DNA of 64,000 nt from the NCBI GenBank assembly GCA_963833905.1, contig CAWHZQ010000020.1, positions 3,293 through 67,292 on the forward strand. The letters run 5' to 3'. This DNA comes from an uncultured Gemmatimonadales bacterium. Lineage in GTDB: Bacteria > Gemmatimonadota > Gemmatimonadetes > Gemmatimonadales > GWC2-71-9. Shown here piece after piece: positions 11,016-20,689 of this stretch (within the stretch, counting starts at the first letter, position 1; each line of letters opens with the position of its first letter). The translations under genes and the position numbers were made by a program. A model generated the notes under the pieces. It saw nothing but the letters and a program-made list of their open reading frames with translations. It was not told the DNA's origin and ran no database searches.

Positions 11016-12118
11016 GCCCCGCCCGCCGCGCGCAGCGGGCCGTTCCGCTCCCCGCCACCGACCTCGAGCAGCTCCGCCAGCGCGTCCGCGCGCTGGCGGA
11101 GAACCGGCCGGCCGTCTACCGGATGACGGACGCCATGGGCCGGGTGATCTACGTCGGCAAGGCCAAGCGGCTCCGCACCCGGCTGCTGACCTATTTCCGC
11201 GCGGCCTATCCGGACGACAAGGCGGCGCGGATTCTCTACGCGGCGGGCGACATCGCCTGGGACTACGTGCCGAGCGAGTTCGCGGCGTACCTCGGCGAGC
11301 TTCGGCAGATCCGGAAGTTCCGCCCGTACTTCAACCATCGGGGCAACGTCACCCGCCGGAGCGTGCTCATCAAGATCTCGAGCGACATCGCCCCGCGGGT
11401 GTATGCCGGGGCCACCGTCGCCCGGGACGACGCGCGCTGCTACGGCCCGTTCCGATCGATGGCGCGGACGCTGGAGGCGGTGCGGACGCTCAACGACCTG
11501 CTCGAGCTCCGCGACTGCAAGGCCGAGATGCCCGCGGTCTTCGCCGGCCAGGCGGATCTGTTCGATCAGCCGCGGCAGGCGGCGTGCATGCGTCACGAGT
11601 TCGGCGTCTGCAGCGGGCCGTGCGCCGGATTCGTGACGCAGCTGGATTATCGCCGGCGCGTCGAGACGGCCATGGCGTTCCTCGAGGGCCGGACGATCCA
11701 GCCGATCGATCGCGTCGTTCAGGCGATGCAGGGCGCCGCGGCGGAGGCCCGCTTCGAGGTGGCGGCGCGCTGGCGCGAGAAGTTCGAGCAGCTGGAATGG
11801 CTGCTGGCTGCCACCAGCCGCGCCCGCTCCGCCCGCGACCTCCTCACCTTCGTCTACCGCGACCCCGGCGATTTCGGCGACGACCGCGTGTACCTCGTCC
11901 GCCAGGGCGTCGTGCGGGCGTCGTTCCCGTATCCCAACACGCCGATCGAGCGCGAGGCCTTCCGCGCCGTCGTGGCCGAAGAGGCGGCCAGGCCTTCCCC
12001 GCCGGTCGGCCCCCTTCCGCTCGACGCCATCGACGAGATCCTGCTGCTCATGTCCTGGTTCCGGGCCCACCCGGAGGCGTTGCGCCGGACATCGCCGTAT
12101 GCCGAGTGGGCCGCCTGA
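11012..12118 (+). CDS. UvrC N-terminal-like (GIY-YIG + UVR motif) nuclease, Cho-like
   Basis: PAVYRM...IYVGKAKRLRTRLLTYF, Cys cluster CMRHEFGVCSGPC, AAAEARFEVAARWR; no RNase H/HhH C-terminal half. Confidence 0.8.
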   Translation: MSPARRAQRAVPLPATDLEQLRQRVRALAENRPAVYRMTDAMGRVIYVGKAKRLRTRLLTYFRAAYPDDKAARILYAAGDIAWDYVPSEFAAYLGELRQIRKFRPYFNHRGNVTRRSVLIKISSDIAPRVYAGATVARDDARCYGPFRSMARTLEAVRTLNDLLELRDCKAEMPAVFAGQADLFDQPRQAACMRHEFGVCSGPCAGFVTQLDYRRRVETAMAFLEGRTIQPIDRVVQAMQGAAAEARFEVAARWREKFEQLEWLLAATSRARSARDLLTFVYRDPGDFGDDRVYLVRQGVVRASFPYPNTPIEREAFRAVVAEEAARPSPPVGPLPLDAIDEILLLMSWFRAHPEALRRTSPYAEWAA

Positions 12119-12229
12119 GCGACAGTCCGAGGCCACGGGACGGCAGAGACCGTCCGCGTCAGGGGACGGTTCCCTACTGCGGCATGATGTAACGCTTTTC
12201 AGGCCAGCAAGTTAGTAATCTGCATTTTG

Positions 12230-12244
12230 TGGCACCCCACCTGC
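12230..12244 (+). promoter_or_regulatory. Putative sigma-54 promoter (TGGCAC-N5-CTGC)
   Basis: GG-N10-GC spacing, preceded by an AT-rich tract, upstream of the barrel gene. Confidence 0.5.
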
Positions 12245-12301
12245 CTGACCTTCCGCTGTTGCGCTCTCTGCGCAGCCATTCACTCGTTTGCGGGAGGTCA
12301 T

Positions 12302-12928
12302 ATGCTTCAACGAATCCTCTGGGCCGGCGCCCTCGCCAGCCTCGCTGTCTCGACGCCGTTGGCCGCCCAGCAGCGCTCCGTCGGTCCCTCGTTCGGCATC
12401 ACCCCTTACGCCGGGTACATGAAGTTCGGAAACCTCGTCTCTGGACCCTTCGGCACGAGCGTGCGGAACGCCGGGGCGGCGGTGTACGGCGCCGAAGCGA
12501 CGCTCGGCTTGACGCGGGCGATCGCCCTCGTCGGCAACGTCGCGTACACCCAGCCGGGACTCGAGATCGGCGCACCGCTGATCGGTGGGGTGTCGGTCGG
12601 ACAGAGCTCGGTGCTGCTCTACGACGCCGCGCTCCGGCTGCGGGTGCCGGTCGGCATGGGCGGGCTGCCGATCTCGCCGTTCGTCCAGGGCGGCGCCGGC
12701 TATGCGCGGCAGTCGTTCGACATCGGGCCAGCCTCGACGCATTCGACCAACTTCGCCTACAACGTCGGCGCGGGCGCCGACGTGGCGCTGGCTCCCCGTT
12801 TCGGCCTGCAGTTGATGGTCAAGGATTACATCGGGAAGTTCGATGCGCAGGAGGCGACGGGGCTGAACGTCGACACCAAGACGACGCACAACTTCGCGGT
12901 GAGCGCGGGGCTGCGGCTGGGGCTGTAG
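12302..12928 (+). CDS. Outer membrane beta-barrel protein
   Basis: GGAGG RBS, signal peptide ending LAA-Q, amphipathic strands, PFVQGGAGY. Confidence 0.75.
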   Translation: MLQRILWAGALASLAVSTPLAAQQRSVGPSFGITPYAGYMKFGNLVSGPFGTSVRNAGAAVYGAEATLGLTRAIALVGNVAYTQPGLEIGAPLIGGVSVGQSSVLLYDAALRLRVPVGMGGLPISPFVQGGAGYARQSFDIGPASTHSTNFAYNVGAGADVALAPRFGLQLMVKDYIGKFDAQEATGLNVDTKTTHNFAVSAGLRLGL

Positions 12929-12947
12929 GGAGGCGAGAATAGAGTTC

Positions 12948-13013
12948 GTCACCCTGAGCGCAGCGAAGGGGGCATGACCCGAATCATGCCCCCTTCGCTG
13001 CGCTCAGGGTGAC
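12948..13013. repeat. REP-like palindromic element, copy 1
   Basis: Perfect 30-bp inverted repeat GTCACCCTGAGCGCAGCGAAGGGGGCATGA with a 6-nt loop, between convergent genes. Confidence 0.9.
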
Positions 13014-13076
13014 TCACGCTCGGGCCGCTTCAGCGCGACTGCAACAGGAACACTCCACACTAGCTGGCCGCCCGGC

Positions 13077-13706
13077 TCACTCCAGCGGCACCCACAGCGC
13101 CGGCGTGCGCTCGAGGAGCTTGGCCCCGGCCGGCGATGTGACCAGAGGCCAGCTGTACCAACGGTTGGGATCGTCGTCGTGAATCTGGAACCCGATGCCT
13201 GGCCGACGTCCCTGCTCTCCCTCGAGCCAGGCCGGGTCGAGGCGCAGCACGAACGACCACACCGTCCCGTCGTCCGCCCCGCTCACCTCCCAACCGCCTC
13301 CCGCGCGCGCCGCGCCGAGCCGCCAGTCCGGATCGTCTCGCGGCGGCTCCCACCGTCCGGCCCGCCCGCGATAGACCACGCTGCTGTCGAGCACCCGCTG
13401 GAGCGACCACTGGAAATCGTCGTGCGCCGGGGCCGCGGCCCGATCGCCCGCGATATCGAAACACACCGCCACGGCATCCGCCCAGGAGCGCGAGCGGTCC
13501 GGCACGGCGACCGCCACGAACGCCGTGTCCACGGCCCGAAGCAGCCAGACCGAGGCCTGGCCCTGCGCCGTGGCGATGCGCAGCTGGGGCGGACCCCAGG
13601 CCGCGCTGTCGATGCGTCCGTCCGCCGCCGGAGGCCGCGCGATGGCGCGGAGCCGGAGCGTGTCGATTGGCGTCGGGACCGAGGGTATGCCCTGGAGCAG
13701 GAGCAA
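13077..13706 (-). CDS. Hypothetical protein, possibly secreted with a DOMON/CBM9-like fold
   Basis: ADGRIDSAAW, VAVCFD and IGFQIHDDD resemble CBM9-like patterns; start uncertain. Confidence 0.5.
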   Translation of the reverse strand: MLLLQGIPSVPTPIDTLRLRAIARPPAADGRIDSAAWGPPQLRIATAQGQASVWLLRAVDTAFVAVAVPDRSRSWADAVAVCFDIAGDRAAAPAHDDFQWSLQRVLDSSVVYRGRAGRWEPPRDDPDWRLGAARAGGGWEVSGADDGTVWSFVLRLDPAWLEGEQGRRPGIGFQIHDDDPNRWYSWPLVTSPAGAKLLERTPALWVPLE

Positions 13707-13733
13707 CAGTGAGGCGACGGAGGCGAGCAGCGG

Positions 13734-14229
13734 TTAATCCGTGTCCAGCGGTGTCAGCGGGACCAGGCGGCCGCGCGGCGGGATGCCCGGCTCGAGCTCC
13801 AGGATGCCCACCGAGGCCGGCAGGTCGAAGCGCCGCGGCCCGGCGCCGCCGGGGTTCATCACGGTCACGACGACGTCGACCAGGGTGAGCAGCGGGCGGT
13901 GAGTGTGGCCGTAGACGATGATCTCGGCGTCGGGGAACGCGGCCTGCAGGAGCTCGGGCGTCGGGACTCCCGAGCTTGTCGCCGTGGGTGACGACGATGG
14001 TGAAGCCGTCGAGCTCGACGGTGGCGATGGCCGGGAGCCGTCCCCGGACTTCCCAGCCGTCGGTATTGCCGTAGACCGCCGTGACCGGCGCGATGGTCTC
14101 GAGCTCCTCGAGAATCGACGCCGGGCCGACGTCGCCCGCGTGCAGGATGTGGTCGACCTCGCGGAATACCTCGAACACCTCGGGGCGGAGCAGACCGTGC
14201 GTGTCCGCGATGACGCCGATCCGCGCCAT
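13734..14229 (-). CDS. YfcE-like metallophosphoesterase (frameshifted)
   Basis: IADTHG, HAGDV, YGNTD, THG, then YGHTH and NPG after a shift near 13965. Confidence 0.88.
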
Positions 14230-14823
14230 CAGGCGTCGTCTCCCGTCCAGCGCCGGGCGATCTCGATGTCGAGGTCCAACTGATCGAGCACGCGCTGCAC
14301 GATGAAGTCCACCAGCTCGGCCACGGTCGTGGGCCGGTGGTAGAAGCCGGGTGCGGCCGGAATCACCACGGCCCCTGCCTCGGTGACCGTCACCAGGTTC
14401 CGCAGGTGGACCAGCGAGAGCGGCGTCTCGCGGGGCACGAGGATGAGCTTCCGCCGCTCTTTGAGGGTCACGTCCGCGGCGCGCTCGACGAGGGACCGGC
14501 TGGTGCCGGCGGCGATGGCAGCGACCGTCCCCATCGAGCACGGGCAGATCACCATGCCGCGGGTCCGCTGCGAGCCCGAGGCCGGCAGCGCGCCGCGGTC
14601 GCCGTCCGGAAAGCTCGTGACCGAGCGCCAGTCCCCGCCCGTGGCCTCGCGCAGCGCGTCCAGCGTATCGATGCCGCACTCGTCGCGCAGCAGCCGCATG
14701 CCGTAGCTCGAGGCGACGAGCCACACGGGCACCTGGTTCCTGCGCCAGCACGTCGAGCAGCCGCACTCCGTACGGCGCCCCCGAAGCGCCGGTAAGCGCC
14801 ACGACTACCGGATGCGGCGTCAC
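14229..14823 (-). CDS. ubiX: Flavin prenyltransferase (frameshifted)
   Basis: ALTGASGAPYG, PASGS, CPCSMGT, ADVTLKERR, PRETP, PGFYHRP. Confidence 0.92.
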
Positions 14824-14957
14824 CGTCCCCTCCGGTTGGGGGTCGGGGAACGAACCGGATGCCGGGGTGCCGGCGGTGGGGGTGGCCGCCGTGGCGACTT
14901 GGGCGGCTCTTCGGTCGCGCGCTTTCCCGGTGGCCGGGGGCCGGGCCGCGGCTTCAT
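14820..14957 (-). CDS. Putative 45-aa Pro/Arg-rich small ORF
   Basis: ATGA overlap with the ubiA-family stop and GTGA overlap with the ubiX start. Confidence 0.4.
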   Translation of the reverse strand: MKPRPGPRPPGKRATEEPPKSPRRPPPPPAPRHPVRSPTPNRRGR

Positions 14958-15856
14958 CGCACGAGCCGATCGATCAGCGCGAAGGCGAACACCGTGACGC
15001 TCATGACGCCGTTCATGGTGAAGAAGGCGGCGTCGAGCCGTGAGAGGTCTCCGGGGCGGACGAGCTGGTGCTCGTAGACCAGGATCCCGGCGGCCACCAC
15101 CAGCCCCGCGAAATACCACGCCCCGAAGCCCGCGCCCCACCCGAACAGCGCCAGCGCCGGAATCGTCACGGCATGGAGCAGCTTGGCCAGCAGGATGGCG
15201 CGCCGCTCGCCCAGCCGGACGACGGCGCTCCGGAGCCCCTGCTCCCGGTCGAAGCCGGCGTCGGGCAGCGCGTAGAAGATGTCGAACCCCGCGACCCAGG
15301 TGGCCACCGCCAGCGACACCGCGAGCAGCAGCCAGGCAGGATCGCTCCAGCGCCCCATCACCGCCAGATAGCCCCCGACCGGCGCGATGGCGAGGCTCAT
15401 GCCCAGCCAGAGGTGGGGCCACCAGGTGAACCGCTTCGCGAGGCTGTAGGTCAGCACCCACCCGAGCGCCACCGGGCTGAGGCGCAGGCAGAGCGGGTTG
15501 AGCAGGCCGGCGACCACGACGAAGAGCGCCGCGGCCACGACGATCGAGACCCAGGCCTGCGCCATCGTGAGCGCGCCGCGGGGGAGCTCGCGGTTCTGGG
15601 TGCGCGGGTTCCGCGCGTCGAACCGCAGGTCGGCGACGCGATTGAACCCCATCGCCGACCAGCGCGCGGCGGAGAAGGCGAGGACCACGAGCACGACGGT
15701 GCGAAGCGTCACCGGCGCCACGCGGGAGGCGGCCAGCACACCGAGCAGCGCGAAGGGCAGCGCGAAGAGCGTATGCGGCAGCTTGACGAAGTTGACGTAC
15801 CGGACGAGCAGCGACTCGCCGGCAAACGTCTGCCCTTCGCGCGCCGGAGAGGTCAC
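14954..15856 (-). CDS. ubiA: UbiA-family prenyltransferase (MqnP-like)
   Basis: VKLPHTLFALPFA, NRVADLRFDARNPRT, GFDIFYAL. Confidence 0.9.
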   Translation of the reverse strand: MTSPAREGQTFAGESLLVRYVNFVKLPHTLFALPFALLGVLAASRVAPVTLRTVVLVVLAFSAARWSAMGFNRVADLRFDARNPRTQNRELPRGALTMAQAWVSIVVAAALFVVVAGLLNPLCLRLSPVALGWVLTYSLAKRFTWWPHLWLGMSLAIAPVGGYLAVMGRWSDPAWLLLAVSLAVATWVAGFDIFYALPDAGFDREQGLRSAVVRLGERRAILLAKLLHAVTIPALALFGWGAGFGAWYFAGLVVAAGILVYEHQLVRPGDLSRLDAAFFTMNGVMSVTVFAFALIDRLVR

Positions 15857-17331
15857 AGGCGGATGCCGAGCTGCGGCCAGATCTCGTCCACCCGGCGCTT
15901 GGTGTCCGCGTCCATGGTGATGAGGTCCGGCCATTCGCGGGTGAAACCCTCCTCCTTCCACTTCTTCGTGGCGTCGATTCCCATCTTGCTGCCGTAGGTG
16001 AACGCGCGGCTCGCGTGGTCGAGCACGTCCATCGGGCCCATGGTGAAGCGGACGTCGCGCTCGGGGTCGATGTTGTTGAGCGCGATCCACCACGCCTCGT
16101 CCGGGTTGCGGACGTTGACGTGCTTGTCGAGGATGATCAGTACCTTCGCCAGCGACATGAGCCCCTGGCCCCACAGGGCGTTCATCACCTTGTATGCCTG
16201 CCCCGGATACTGCTTGTCGATGGAGACGAACACCAGGTTGTGGAAGATGCCGGCGGCCGGCATGTGGTAGTCGACGATCTCGGGCACGGTGAGCTTGAGG
16301 AGCGGGAGGAAGATCCGCTCCGTCGCGTGCCCCAGATAGTAGTCCTCCATCGGCGGCGGGCCGACGAGGGTGGCCGGATAGATCGGATCCCGGCGGGCAG
16401 TGATGGCGGTGACGTGCACCAGCGGATAGTAGTCGGCGAGCGAGTAGTACCCGGTGTGGTCGCCGAACGGCCCCTCGAGCACCAGCGGCTCGGCCGGATC
16501 GATGTAACCCTCGAGCACGAGCTCGGCTTCGGCGGGGACCTCGAGGTCGCAGGTGACGGCCCGGGCCAGCTCGACGGGCTCGCGCCTGAGAAAGCCCGCG
16601 AAGATGAATTCGTCGATCGTGGGCGGGAGCGGAGCCGACCCGGAGTAGATGCTCGCCGGATCGCCGCCGAGGGCGATGACGACGGGCATGCGCTCGCCCT
16701 TCTCCGCCATCTCGCGCCAGTGGGCGGCGCCGACCTTGTGGCGCTGCCAGTGCATCGCGAGCGTGTCGCGGCCGAGCACCTGGACCCGGTACATGCCGAC
16801 GTTCCGAATCCCTCGGGTGGGATCGGTCGTGATGACCATCGGGAGCGTGATGTAGCGGCCGCCGTCGCCGGGCCAGGTGGTGAGGAACGGGATCTGCTCG
16901 AGGTTGACGGCGGCGTCGCGCAGGATGACCTCCTGGCACGGCGGGCGTCCGCTCTTCACCCGCGGCGGGAACTTGCCGATCTCCGCCAGCTTGGGCAGCA
17001 TGGCGAGCTTGCCGAAGAGTCCCTCGGGCACCTTGAGGTTGAGCAGCTCCGAGATGCGGCCGCCGATGCTGTCGAGGTCGTCGACGCCGAGCGCGAGGCA
17101 CATCCGGCGCATCGAGCCGAACAGGTTGATGGCCACCGGCTGCGGACTCCGGGTGCCGTCGCCAAGCAGCACGTGCTCGAACAGCAGGGCGGGACCTCCG
17201 CCGGGGCTCTTCATGCAGCGGTCGGCGATCTCGGCGACTTCGAGGTGCGCGCGCACGGGGTGGGTGACGCGCACGAGCTCGCCGAGCTTGTCGATGGCCT
17301 TGATGAAGTCGCGGAGGTTGTCGAGGGGCAT
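15853..17331 (-). CDS. ubiD: UbiD-family menaquinone biosynthesis decarboxylase (MqnL-like)
   Basis: RNVGMYR, EGPFGDHTGYY, GPPPMED, SKMGIDAT. Confidence 0.93.
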   Translation of the reverse strand: MPLDNLRDFIKAIDKLGELVRVTHPVRAHLEVAEIADRCMKSPGGGPALLFEHVLLGDGTRSPQPVAINLFGSMRRMCLALGVDDLDSIGGRISELLNLKVPEGLFGKLAMLPKLAEIGKFPPRVKSGRPPCQEVILRDAAVNLEQIPFLTTWPGDGGRYITLPMVITTDPTRGIRNVGMYRVQVLGRDTLAMHWQRHKVGAAHWREMAEKGERMPVVIALGGDPASIYSGSAPLPPTIDEFIFAGFLRREPVELARAVTCDLEVPAEAELVLEGYIDPAEPLVLEGPFGDHTGYYSLADYYPLVHVTAITARRDPIYPATLVGPPPMEDYYLGHATERIFLPLLKLTVPEIVDYHMPAAGIFHNLVFVSIDKQYPGQAYKVMNALWGQGLMSLAKVLIILDKHVNVRNPDEAWWIALNNIDPERDVRFTMGPMDVLDHASRAFTYGSKMGIDATKKWKEEGFTREWPDLITMDADTKRRVDEIWPQLGIRL

Positions 17332-17345
17332 GGGGCTCCAGTCGG

Positions 17346-18099
17346 TCAGCCGTTCGGTGCCGCAAACGTCTCGCTCCGCGTCCCCACGTGCAGCGCGCAG
17401 ACGCCGCCCATGAACAGGCGATAGGACACCCCGTCGAATCCCTGCGCCGCGAGCCGCCGCGCCAGCTCGGGCGGGCTCGGGAACGCGATCGTGGATGCTG
17501 GTAACCACGTATAGGCGGTCGTATGTTTCGAGATCCGCCGGCCGATCCACGGCATCACGCGCCGGAAGTAGAACTCGTACAGCCGGCGGAGCACGGGCTG
17601 GGGCGGCAGCGTCATTTCCAGGATCACCAGGCGGCCGCCGGGCCGGAGCACCCGAGCCGCCTCGGCCAGCCCCGCGTCGAGATCCACCAGGTTCCGCACG
17701 CCCCAACCGACCATCGCGCCATCGAACGCGGCATCCGGGAACGGCAGCTCGAGCGCATCGGCGGTCACCGGCGCCAGGCCCGGCGGCCTTGTTCCGCCCG
17801 AGCCGGAGCATCGCCGGCACGAAGTCGGCGCCGACGATCCGCCCCCGGAATCCCGGCCGCCGCGCGAGGGTGGCCGCGAAGTCGAGCGTGCCGGCGCAGA
17901 GGTCGAGGTAGATTCCGTCCGGTCTCCGCTCCCACCCCAGCCGTCCGACCGCGTATCGCCGCCAGCCCTGATCGAAGCGCAGGCTGATGATGCGGTTGAG
18001 GCGATCGTAGGTGGGCGCGATGGCGGTGAAGACGTCCCGGACATAGGCCCGCTTTTCGGGCCCGCCCGAGACAGGTAACTCACGATCCGAGGCTAACAT
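17346..18099 (-). CDS. ubiE: Demethylmenaquinone methyltransferase (frameshifted)
   Basis: IAPTYDRLN, LDLCAGT, then DALELPFPD and GWGVRN after a shift near 17780. Confidence 0.9.
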
Positions 18100-18149
18100 A
18101 GGCGCTCAATGTAGTCCCGCCGCGAGACCGTTGGCAAGGCGGCGGCCGG

Positions 18150-18755
18150 GTGGCTGACACCCCCGAGTGGGTCCGGCTCAGCGACCAGGAGGTCGTCCTG
18201 ATGGCCCGGGCGGGTCGCGAGGCGGCCTACCGCGAGCTGATCCGCCGCTACGAGCGGCCGATCTTCGCGCTGCTGTTCCGCATGGTGCGGGACCGCGAGC
18301 TGGCCGAGGACCTGTCGCAGGAGACGTTCATCAAGGCGCTCAACGCGATCGAGTCCTATCGCCCCGAGTTCAAGTTCTCCTCGTGGATCTTCAAGATCGC
18401 CAACAACGCGGCGATCGATCACCTGCGCCGGCGCGAGCTCGACACGCTCTCGCTCGACGGCTCGCCGCACGCCGAGACGCCCGAGGCCATGCAGGCCACC
18501 GCGCTCCAGATCGGCGCCCGGCAGGAGTCGCCGCTCGACACGGTCGAGGCGAAGGAGCTGGGCGGCGCCATCGAGATCGCCATCGGAAGGCTCCGGCCGG
18601 AGTACCGCTCGTGCATCCTGCTCCGGCACGTGGAGGGGCGCGCCTACGAGGAGATCGCGGAGATGCTCGACCTCCCGCTGGGCACCGTGAAGACCTATAT
18701 CCATCGGGCCCGGAACGAGCTGCGGCAGGCCCTGGCCCACCTCAAGGAAGAATGA
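18150..18755 (+). CDS. ECF RNA polymerase sigma factor (SigW/RpoE-like)
   Basis: AEDLSQETFIKA, KFSSWIFKIANN, YEEIAEMLDLPLGTVKTYIHRAR. Confidence 0.95.
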   Translation: MADTPEWVRLSDQEVVLMARAGREAAYRELIRRYERPIFALLFRMVRDRELAEDLSQETFIKALNAIESYRPEFKFSSWIFKIANNAAIDHLRRRELDTLSLDGSPHAETPEAMQATALQIGARQESPLDTVEAKELGGAIEIAIGRLRPEYRSCILLRHVEGRAYEEIAEMLDLPLGTVKTYIHRARNELRQALAHLKEE

Positions 18756-18779
18756 AACCTCCCCCGTTCCCTCACCGTA
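18753..18779 (+). promoter_or_regulatory. SigW-type ECF promoter TGAAAC-N17-CGTA driving the anti-sigma operon
   Basis: TGAAAC overlaps the sigma stop codon; CGTA at 18776-18779; followed by GGAGG RBS. Confidence 0.6.
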
Positions 18780-18792
18780 GGAGGGTCCACTT

Positions 18793-19402
18793 ATGACCCC
18801 TGTTTCCGGGCCCCATCTCACGCCGGACGACTTCGACGCGTGGCTCGCCGGTGCACTCGCACCGGCGTCCGAGGACCATCTCGCCCAGTGCCTGGTCTGC
18901 CGGGAGCGCGCGGAGACCGAGCGCGAGATCGTCGAGCTCCTCGGCACGCTGCCGCTCATGAGTCCCGCGCCGGGGTTCGCCGAGCGGGTGATGGCGCCGG
19001 GTCTCGATTCCCCAGCCCGTCGCTCTCCCGGCGCTCGCCTCGCTCCGGAACCGGGTCTTCGCCACCCGCCGCTCGATGGCGCTGGCCGCGTCGCTGCTGG
19101 TGCTGGTCGCCGGCTCGATGACCGGAAGCGTGGTCTGGACGCTGGGCCATCAGGACACCCTCGCGGCGCTCGGCGGCTGGCTCACGGCACAGGCCGGCCA
19201 GGTCGCGTGGCTCGGCGTCCGCGGCGTGGCCTCGAACTTCATGGAGCAGCCCTGGTTCGCCGGGCTCAAGGCCCTGGCGGCGCATCCGGGCCGTCTCGGT
19301 CTCGCCTCCGCGCTCGCGCTTACCGCCTACCTCGGCGGTGTCCTGGCGCTCCGCCGCCTCCTGGCCCTGCCCGCGCAGCAGGTGGCCCATGCGAGCGCTT
19401 AG
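18793..19402 (+). CDS. Membrane anti-sigma factor with zinc-binding HxxxCxxC (frameshifted)
   Basis: HLAQCLVC, PAPGFAERVM, then hydrophobic segments in ORF 19076..19402. Confidence 0.8.
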
Positions 19403-20689
19403 CCGGCTGCTTCGGGCGGTGGCGCTGTTGTCGGTCCTCGCCCCACATGCTGCGTTCGCCGGTACGCTCAGCGATCCCGCCGGGTCCCGTACGGTACAGC
19501 TGGTCCATGGCTTCTGGTCGCTCGTCGCCGACGTCGCCACCCGACCGGGCGATGGCGACGATCTCCAGACGCCCCATCCCGCGCCGCAGGCGATTCCTCC
19601 CGGCGGAAAGGACGAGCCGCCAGGTCGCGCTCGACGACCTGAGCAAGCCGACGGGCATCGAGTCGCAGCTCAGGGAGGCGCTCCGGCCGGCATGACGACG
19701 GCGTCCGCGTCACGGTGACCAACGGCACCGCCCGCATGGGCGACTTCAGCATCGGGTCCAACGAGACCGTGCCCGGCCACCTGCTCGTGGTGCAGGGCAC
19801 CGCGGACATCTACGGCAAGCTGCTGGGCAACCTCGTCACCGTCGACGGCGACGTGGTGATCCACCCCGGCGGCGTCGTCTCGGGAGACATCCTGACGCTC
19901 GGCGGCGAAGTGCGCGACGAGGGCGGCGAGATCGGCGGCGAGGTCCGGACGTTCCGGACCTCCTCCGTGCTGGGCACCCCGCTGCCGGTGCAGGGCGCAG
20001 CGGCACCCACGGCGATCGAGACCGTGTTCCGGCGGATGGCGGGCGTGGTGGGCGTCTTCCTCACGCTCGGCGCGCTCGGCTTCGGCCTGGTGATGTTCGG
20101 CCGGCCGAATCTCGAGGTGGTGTCCGACACCGTGTCGCACTCGTTCGGGCGCGCGTTCGCCACCGGTCTCCTGGGCCAGCTGCTGCTGCTCCCCACGTTC
20201 GGCATGCTGGTGGTCGGCCTGATCCTCAGCGTCGTGGGCATCGTGCTGCTGCCGTTCGCGGTGGTGGTCTACGCGCTGCTGGTGATCGTCGGCGCGGTCG
20301 GCGGATACCTCGCGGTGGCGCACGCGATGGGCGAGACGTATACCCGGCGGCGGCTGGCCCTCGGGGCCATGATCGGCTCGCCCAACAGCTATCGCTACCT
20401 GCTGGTGGGACTGGGCGCGCTGGCGGCGTTCTGGGTGGCGTGGTCGGTCTTCGGCTGGGTGCCGGTGGCCGGCGACCTGATCCGCGGCGCGGCCATCCTG
20501 GTGACCTGGCTGCTCGCCACCGCCGGCTTCGGCGCGGCGCTCCTGAGCCGGGCGGGCATCCGCGAGAACTTCGCCGGGCGGCTCCTGCCGCCCGAGGCGC
20601 TCACCGACGAATACCTCTGGGCAACTCCGCAGTACGGCGTGACCGCCGCCAAGCGCCCCGGGTCACGGACGCCCACGCGGGGTCTCTGA
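19389..20689 (+). CDS. Membrane protein with a bactofilin-like beta-helical region (frameshifted)
   Basis: Signal peptide at 19389; short Gly/Val repeats (GNLVTVDGDVVIHPGGVVSGDILTLGG) followed by about 6 TM segments. Confidence 0.65.

Noticed and set aside
15853-18099. UbiE-UbiD fusion
   Set aside because: UbiE finishes in a different frame at 17346; read-through is caused by an indel
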